NCBI GenBank assembly: GCA_951406725.2
Contig: OX597830.1
Coordinates: 67,394,001 to 67,458,000 of the forward strand
Direction: 5' to 3'
Length of the DNA stretch: 64,000 bases
From: Octopus vulgaris
Lineage: Eukaryota
The notes under the pieces are model-generated. The model was given only the letters and a program-made list of their open reading frames with translations, made no database searches and was not told where the DNA came from. Made by a program: the position numbers and the translations under genes. Below are positions 55,690 to 64,000 of the stretch, in pieces; position 1 is the first letter of the stretch; every line of letters starts with the position of its first letter.

Positions 55690-56600
55690 CTTGCCTTTAG
55701 CCTCGATGACAGCATTCAGTGGTCCTCGGAATTGGCTACAGGCCTCAGTCACTATCTCCAGATTTAGGCCCCTGAAGGCTCTGGTAATGGAAACTGCAAC
55801 TCGTCCTTCGTGATTTCAGTCAAGGAGTTTCCGGTAGGCAAATGTTAGGTGCTATGAGTTCGAAGGAATTCTCCGATATTCAGGCCTGGGTCTTCCACCT
55901 GGTATGGCAGGAAGTAGGGTACGGAATCCCTGCAGCTATCCAGGGCTCCACCACTTCACTCAGAACACGGATGTAGCCGGCGGTGTTCAGCCTGAGGCTC
56001 TCGGGCAAGATGTGTGGTGACAAGACATCACCTTCACTGCTGACGATATCGAACACCATGGCTGTAGGAAGAATGTTTGTCTGCATAACTCTGGGCAAGT
56101 CCTTGGGTGAGACGGCCAACCACCTATTGTCGTGGGAAATGATCGTCTGACCTTGGCAGAAATTCTTCTGGTGGGAAAAGGACTACATCATGTCTGGTTC
56201 CAGCGGGTGTTTCAGTTTGTTGGCCAGTTTCTTGATGTGCTTAAGTCTCTTATCCTCATTTTGTATGAAATGAAGCGAGTGTCTTCATGCACCACCAGCC
56301 CGATAACTTTTTCATTCACACCTTTCTCTTTTGCAATAGCACGCATAAACTTGTGGGATCATTGTTGATGATCTCGTGGATTTCATTGACAAATTCCTTA
56401 GTGCGGTCGCCTCGCAGTTGAATCCTGAATCTTCAAGCTCCTTTGTGAATTTTTCCATTATCCTTCGTTGAGGAAGTCTGAAATCTCCTTGTCTATTCTT
56501 CCAGCACGGATTCCAACGACGAATCCATGCGGGGTATTATGTTATTGGGTCTTCATCCCCGTGTGCGTTAATTTTACCTCCATGTTGTTCCATTGATTAG
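55690..56600 (-). mobile_element. maT (DD37D)-like Tc1/mariner transposase remnant
   Basis: WLAVSPKDLPRVMQT...MVFDIVSSEGDVLSPHILPESLRLNTAGYIRVLSEVVEPWI. Confidence 0.75.
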
Positions 56601-56937
56601 AACAACTGGAACACCTGTTCTATCCGAGTGCCAGTTTAATATACGTGTATGCATTTATATATGTGTACATATTTATGCATGCATGTATACATATAACCGT
56701 ATGTATATATGTATCTATATATGTTTGTATTGGAAGGGAGAATGTATGTGGGTATGTTGTCCTTATGTTGTGTGATTATGCATTCCTATAGCAATTCACT
56801 AGTGTTCCTTTTTCTAATGTCTGTGAACATTAAAACGACTCCCACCAACACATTCAGTATAACTCAATCCATATTCTGATACTCTCTCTATCTCTATCTC
56901 TCTCTCTCACTCCTTCCATCTTCCCCTCTTCTCTCTC

Positions 56938-56969
<32 letters not shown>

Positions 56970-57115
56970 ATTATCTATCTATTTCTCTGTGTTTCCCTTT
57001 CCACCAATCCTTCATTGTTTTATATTTTACTATGTCAGATCAAACACAACACATATTTATATGACAATGATTTTGATAACATGTATAATTACTAAAATAT
57101 TGATTTGATTTCTAG

Positions 57116-57272
57116 AGATCGCAGTTTGTAGAGAATTCTAGAAGGGATGGTCCTAACACAGAGCTGTATGACTTGGATCCTAATCATTCACATTTTATCC
57201 TTGTTGAAAATGGTACTCCAGATAAGTTCAGAAGAATGTTTGAATATACTATTGCAGAAATGAATATTCCAG
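57116..57272 (+). CDS. TRPM: TRPM-like exon C', cassette 2
   Basis: tttctag acceptor, G|GTAAGT donor. Reads RSQFVENSRRDGPNTELYDLDPNHSHFILVENGTPDKFRRMFEYTIAEMNIP. Not in the ORF track; translated by hand. Confidence 0.9.
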
Positions 57273-58389
57273 GTAAGTTGTTATTACAGACAAATCTAAA
57301 CATAACATATGGAGCATAGATGAAATACTAAGGATACCTTGTTAATTTCATACACGCCATATTATTTTTTTTAACAGGGAATCAGTCGGTTATAAGCAAT
57401 AGTTAAATTATTGTTATATATTTATATCTAACCTAAAGCAGTGAGCAGGCAGAATCGTTAGCATGCTGGTCAAAATATTTAGCAACCTTTCATAGCTCCT
57501 ATTTGTCCTAACTTCAAATCCCACTAATATTGACTTTGCTTTTCCTCCTTTTGGGGTCTATAAATTAATTACCAGTTGAGCACTGGGATGGATAAATTCA
57601 ACTTATCCCTTCCTTCGCAGTTACTGGCCTTTTACCAAAATTGGAAACCAATATATTTACATCTAAACTATTCTATTTTTTTAAAGCCAACCAATTAACA
57701 TTTACTCAGTGATTCACCTATTGTGATGTTGATATATTCAGTAGAGTCAGTGTTTTGCTGATGAGGTTACAATAAGGTTGAAATATATCTGGATCTGTCT
57801 CCAGTACCTGCCACTATGTAGCTTAGTCTACTATACTTAAATAATCATTTTCTCTTTTTCCAAACATATTCTTCATTTTCCTAAATATTTTATGTAACTT
57901 TTATTTAGGGAATGTTGATGTCACCTTTGGGCTGGTGTCCCTTCTGATATTCTTCATCTCCTTGGTTGAGTTTAAAGCAAGTATCTGACATTATTGGTCC
58001 TGTTTTGGCAGCTAAACTTCAATCCCATCTTATTACTGTGGAATTGCATTTTTTTATCTCTATTTTATAAATATTTCCATGGTCATTCTTCTGCCTCACT
58101 TTCTCCTCTTGTCCCTCTTCTTAATATGGCTAATTGAGTGATTCATCTATTTGCTCTTTCTTATCCTTTTACTGTTCTTATTCCCTCCAGCCAGAAATGT
58201 TTGTAATTTCAGTGTCCCCCGCTCCACTATCTATCTTACAAAATTCTATTTTTTCTTGTTTCTCAGATAAATATGATTTTCAGCTTTTAAATCTTGCATT
58301 GTTTTGTTTTTTTATCTTATCACAGCTTCTCATTAGATCAAAAAGTTGATCTCCCCAAAAGATTAGCTCTCAAGTTCCTAAACACTTTA

Positions 58390-59600
58390 AAGATTTTAAT
58401 ATTAGTTTAAAGTGATGCCAAATTAAGGCAGGCATGGATTTTATTGGCTCTTGTTACTTTTGGGATCACTGGATGGGTCTGATAGAAGTCCCTTGACAAC
58501 AACACAGCTACCCTTTTGAGATCCACTGTCATTCTATTCTTTATTGATTTGTCCAGAGCCTCCAGAGCTCTTTTGTTTATAATTGTGTAACAATCCAAGA
58601 CAATAATTTGGCATCTCTTAAGAATGTGTCTGACTTCCAAACTCATGGCAATTTGGCACACGTGCATCAAGTCCTACAGGAACTTGAAAACAGAATTTGC
58701 TGTATTTCTTCCTGGAAGAATGTGGAAGCAAGAGCTGAAAGAACAGCTGCAATTACTGTAGTATTATGTTGATAGCCATTTCATGTTGTAAAAGAGGGCT
58801 TGAATGGTCCAGTAACTCTGAGAGCAATCTATTACTCTTGTATGGTCACTCATGTTTTATAAATCAAAGACGTGAACCCAGACAGAAATATAGACAACCT
58901 TTTCAAGACTCCAATGACAAAACAAGCAGATGTAAACAGCTACAATGATTGATTTCAATACTGTCTACGATTGTGCCACTCAGAATTATGAGTTAGTGGC
59001 AGTCTACCATTTCCTTCACCTGATATTGTCCATCTGATTCTACATGTTCTGTAGAGGATGGTCCTGAAACCACAGTGTGTGGGTCATTCCCTATCAAGTT
59101 GGGATCCACAATAAACTAATCCTTACCAGCATTTCCTTTTGATGATATATTGAGAGACTTTGGCAAGCAATAAACTGAAACAACAATGTCTTTCCAGTTC
59201 TACTATCAAGTTCCAAGAAGCCAGTTCCAGAGTCTTGTTCTTGAACCCTATCAAAAATCGCAGAAGTGAATTTGAATTAATATATCAACATTATATTCTT
59301 ATTTCTTCAAGCTTTATTGTTCAAATAAGTTTTGTACCATTTCCTTCATGCAGATTTAATAAAACCATAAACATTCTAATACGTGGCTTCAAATTCCTTC
59401 TCAGTGAAAGTCAGTACCACCAATCAGACACACTTGGTACTATTCCATTAGTCATTACCAAGGGATGTATTAATCTCAGGGCTTTATTCCAACAAATGAC
59501 TTACACAGATCGAACTTTACATATTTCTGCTCTCTATTGATTCTCAATTCATTAACTTTCCTCGGTATTCAATGAAAAGTGATACATCCAAAATGTTCTA
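58390..59600 (-). mobile_element. Degenerate Helitron RepHel (PIF1 helicase) remnant, cassette 2
   Basis: CQIIVLDCYTIINKRALEALDKS...VLLSRDFYQTHPVIPK.TRANKIHACL is a decayed IVWDE..M / GDFRQTLPVI motif pair. Confidence 0.8.
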
Positions 59601-60934
59601 CTGATAAAGTGTCTTTGGTGCATTTCCATGGCCACCCATCATTAATGAGAGAAACACAATAAGAAGAGTAATTATAAAATGAAAGATTACATATGATCAA
59701 TTACCATAATTTCAAATTTGCACAATTTCAGTTCGATAAATGAATTTCAATCATCTAATATGTCAGTATTAGGGGTTGATACACATAGCAACGTATTCAG
59801 CAGAAGCTCTACATTAAGTGAGTCTTAAACTAAATTGTTACCTTTCTATATAGGTTTTAGAAGAAGAGAGATAAAGTAAAGGTGAGAAAGAAGTGAAAAA
59901 GGTATTGATAATATTAGATTGGCAGGGGAAATGAAAGAAGGAGAAAGAAAAGGAAGGAAAATGATGAAAGTAGAAAAGCGTTTAATGAGATGAAGGAAGA
60001 AGCAGAATAGTAAATGGGAGCGTTGTGTTGGCAGCAGAGATCAGGCAATAGTTATATATAAAAGAAAGAGAAGTAAATGATAGAAACAATAACTTCTCAA
60101 GTATATGATAAATATATATTTGTTGTATTTTTATATGCTTTCTATAATGATGAAGCAATTAATTAATGACATTTGTTAATTGCTTAGATAGATGTGGCTA
60201 ATGTTCAGGTTGATCAGCTACAAGTTAATGCCAGTTTGAATAAGTGTTACAAGAGTAATGTGTGTGAATATGATTTTGAGAGATTAACATCTTGAGGAGG
60301 AAGTATTTGGAAAAGTGGTTAGTTTGGAAATGAATGGGAACACAAAGAATTGTTAATGAGAGGAATAAGGACCAGTTTATTATCAGCAAATGTATAAGAG
60401 TCAGGAGACAGAGCTTTTGCAGACAGAAATCTTGACCAGCCAGATGCTTGGTGTTCATTTTTGTGTAATATAGGTTATTTCTGATGTTCAAGTGCAGTCC
60501 CTTTCCTGTTGTGGAGACCGTATCAATTGAAGGTTTCTCAATGAAGAACTTTGTAGAAAGTTGTACAGAGTTGAAGTATAATCTGGTTCAAAAAAGGAAG
60601 ACAACACCTTGACACACTTGTTTGATATATTATAGATTTGAGATTGCCAGGAGAGATACTCAGTAATTTAGAAGCTTAGAATGTGTGGTGACCTTAAGGA
60701 TTTAGTTGTATGCAGTTTTAGACTAGAGGGGGTAAGTGGTTGGAGAATGTTTCTTTGTTATGAGCATTATGTCGTTTTTATTATACTGTTGAAATAAACA
60801 AGATTATGGAGGTTATGTTGAATTTATATGAAAAATCTGTGTTGCTAACACCTGTGTGTGACAGTTTAAGAAGCAGTGAAGAATGGTATCACCTGTAAAT
60901 TAAGCATTTCTATTTTTTCTGTTTTAACATATGT

Positions 60935-61308
60935 GCCCCATGTTAATAGGGTGCTAAGAGCACCATCCGAGTGTGATCATTGCCAGAGCGGCTAACTATC
61001 TTCCATGCTGGTGGCACGTAAAAGGCACCATTCGAGCGTGATCGTTACCAGCGTCGCCTTACTGGCACCTGTGCCAGTGGCATGTGTAAAAAGATTCGAG
61101 TGAGGTCATTGCCAGTACCGCCTGACTGGCCCCTGTGCCGGTGACACGTAAAAGCACCCACTACACTCTCGGAGTAGTTAGCGTTAGGAAGGGCATCAAG
61201 CTGTAGAAATTCTGCCAGATCAAGATTGGAGCCTGGCGCAACCATCTGGTTCACCAGACCTCACTCAAATCATCCAGCCCATGCTAGCATGGAAAGCGGA
61301 CGTTAAAC

Positions 61309-61333
<25 letters not shown>
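60935..61333 (+). mobile_element. RTE-tailed SINE-like element ending in (GAT)n
   Basis: 3' end gcatggaaagcggacgttaaacgatgatgat; absent from cassette 1. Confidence 0.75.
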
Positions 61334-61339
<6 letters not shown>

Positions 61340-61517
61340 TCTAAATTTATTACAATTAAGTCTCTCTATTGTTTGTAATATTTGGCAGATGGATTTAACA
61401 TCTACGTATACATATCTTGTATTAGTGAAAGAGTATTAGATTTGTATAGTAATGTTTTCTTATGAGATGGGTTAGTTGTTGATTATGAGACAAACTGAAT
61501 TAATTAACATGTGTGTC

Positions 61518-61571
<54 letters not shown>

Positions 61572-61692
61572 GTGAATGAATTATCCTATGTTTATCGTCA
61601 GCATGGAAAATTCGTTTAACCGAAACCTGGGTAGCATATGTCGAGAGTAAAGGAATTTTGTTAACATCTTCGTTCGACTCCATTCTTTCATT

Positions 61693-61797
<105 letters not shown>

Positions 61798-61831
61798 TAG
61801 AAAGACACACATGTTAATATATATATATGTA

Positions 61832-62445
61832 TCATCATCATCATCATCATCATCATCATTTAACGTCCGCTTTCCATGCTAGCATGGGTTGGACGGTTCA
61901 ACTGGTGTCTGGGGAGCCCGAAGGCTGCACCAGGCCAGTCAGATCTGGCAGTGTTTCTACAGCTGGATGCCCTTCCTAACGCCAACCACTCCGAGAGTGT
62001 AGTGGGTGATTTTATGTGCCACCGACACAGGTGCCAGACGAGGCTGGCGAACGGCCACGCTCGGATGGTGTTTTTATGTGCCACCGACACAGGTGCCAGA
62101 CAAGGCTGGCAGACGACCACGCTCGGATGGTGTTTTTTATGTGCCACCGACACAGGTGCCAGACGAGGCTGGCGAACGGCCACGCTCGGATGGTGTTTTT
62201 ATGTGCCACCGACACAGGTGCCAGACAAGGCTGGCAGACGACCACGCTCGGATGGTGTTTTTATGTGCCACCGACACAGGTGCCAGACGAGGCTGGCGAA
62301 CGGCCACGCTCGGATGGTGTTTTTATGTGCCACCGACACAGGTGCCAGACGAGGCTGGCGAACGGCCACGCTCGGATGGTGTTTTTATGTGCCACCGACA
62401 CAGGTGCCAGACAGGCTAGCAGACGACCGCGCTCGGATGGTGTTT
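61832..62445 (-). mobile_element. RTE-tailed SINE-like element containing a 62-bp minisatellite (about 7 units)
   Basis: (CAT)n plus tttaacgtccgctttccatgc tail; tandem unit ttttatgtgccaccgacacaggtgccagac[g/a]aggctggc...gctcggatggtgt at 62010-62443. Confidence 0.85.
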
Positions 62446-62453
62446 ATATATTT

Positions 62454-62557
<104 letters not shown>

Positions 62558-63780
62558 GTGGATGGAACTTGAGGAGGAGGAAGACCTATAAATATGTGGG
62601 AAAAAGTATGTAAAATGACCTTCAGATTTTGAGTTTCACAGAGGATATGACAAAGAACTGGGATAATTGATCATTTGGGCTTCAGGAGATCTGTCTATCT
62701 ATGTAAAATCGATGTCCTAAAGGCATGTTGTTTATTTCTATACCCCTGCACACAATCCATGTCTCTGAATCTCTCCCCCAAAACATATCTTCCTATCCCT
62801 ATTTACTGCATTTTTCTCCCCTCCATCTCCTACTCACCTTTCATAAACTTACCTACCCACTCACCCTATCCAATCCTCTGTACCAATTCCTATATATACA
62901 CCTCCCTGTAATTTGATGGAATGCCCCAATACATCTTCTTCACCCTCTTCTCTCTCCCTCTGGTTCCACCTGGAGTAGCCATGTATCTCTTCTACTGCAA
63001 CATATCTGTTTCTATCCCCTTATTCATACTCTAACTTCTCATCAGCTGGCACAAAGTTACCTCCCTCACTACTACTCCCCCCACTCAGTTGCAGTTTCTT
63101 ATTTTGCAAGTTACTTGGTCACCTCTCTAGTGTTGGTGCCACATAAAAAGCACCCAGTAAACTCTGTAAAGTGGTTGGTGTTAAGAAGAACATCTGGCTG
63201 TAGAAACCATGCCAAAGCAAATGGTAGAGTCTGGTATGGTCTTCTGGCTTACCAGTTCTTCTCAAACCATCCAACCCGTACCACAATGGAAGAAGGACAT
63301 TAAATAATGTTGGTATAGATGACGACGACGATGATGATGATGATGATGATCATCATCATCATCATCTTCATCATCATGGTATTGATTTATGTTTTCTAAA
63401 ACCTGAACTTATACTAAACTTTATATTCTAGTCAAGTCATATTTTATACATTTTAGACCTAAATGAGGTTATACTTAATGTGAGATGTATTTTAGAATCA
63501 GTTATATTTTATTATTAAGATATAATTAAAAAGATATACATTTTACTTTAATCACTTATATATTTTTACCTCAATCAGGTATGTTTTGTACTTTAACCAG
63601 GTATGCATTACACCATGATCTGGTTATACCTTCTACTTTAACCAGGTATATTTAAAAATTTAATCATGTATATGTTTTATACACTAACTAGATATGTTTT
63701 ACCTTAATCAGGCATATTTCATAATTTAATTAGATATTTTTTTTTTCTTAATCAATTTATATTTTCTGCTGTAATTTTAG

Positions 63781-63890
63781 AGACAGAAGTCAAGATTCCA
63801 GCTGTTGCAGTAATGGTTGGAGGTGGACCTGGAACTCTGAAGTCAGTGTATGATTCAATATCACGCAACATCCCAGTTGTAATAGTAAAG
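63781..63890 (+). CDS. TRPM: TRPM-like exon D', cassette 2
   Basis: ttttag acceptor, AAG|GTCAGT donor. Reads (E)TEVKIPAVAVMVGGGPGTLKSVYDSISRNIPVVIVK, with the canonical GGPGT motif. Confidence 0.92.
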
Positions 63891-64000
63891 GTCAGTAAAT
63901 AGACTATTATGTAAATAAGGTTACTGAGAGTTTATTCAGTTCATAATGTTTACATATCTGAAGAAGCTTGTGGTTAAGAAAACTAAAAGGAAGGACTATA

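Noticed and set aside
62010-62445. CRISPR-like array
   Set aside because: Units are contiguous and near-identical with no unique spacers, there are no cas genes, and the context is a eukaryotic SINE.

Overview
AT-rich, repeat-dense animal genomic DNA. The tRNA-derived SINEs, (GAT)n-tailed elements and microsatellite load point to an octopus/coleoid cephalopod (inference). Most ORF-track entries are spurious or transposon debris. The real gene content is a set of short + strand GT-AG exons encoding the N-terminal MHR1/2 (SLOG/LSDAT) region and the start of MHR3 of a TRPM-family channel. These exons occur twice in tandem. Cassette 1 has exons at 9458, 15502, 19829, 25471, 31867, 33214 and 36679, plus a possible acidic mini-exon at 41334. 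Cassette 2 has exons at 49739, 51302, 57116 and 63781 and runs off the window. The introns are homologous too (about 36-41 kb offset). No MHR4, transmembrane or TRP-helix exons are visible between the cassettes, so the locus looks like a tandem SLOG-domain array: either a multi-SLOG TRPM or channel-less TRPM-N paralogues. The two copies keep open frames but have diverged strongly at the presumed nucleotide-binding cleft. The introns hold decayed RTE, R4/Dong-type, Tx1/L1, CR1 and Penelope retroelements, hAT, mariner, maT and Helitron remnants, a solo LTR, SINEs, several (TA)n-associated foldback palindromes and a probable gene-conversion tract.
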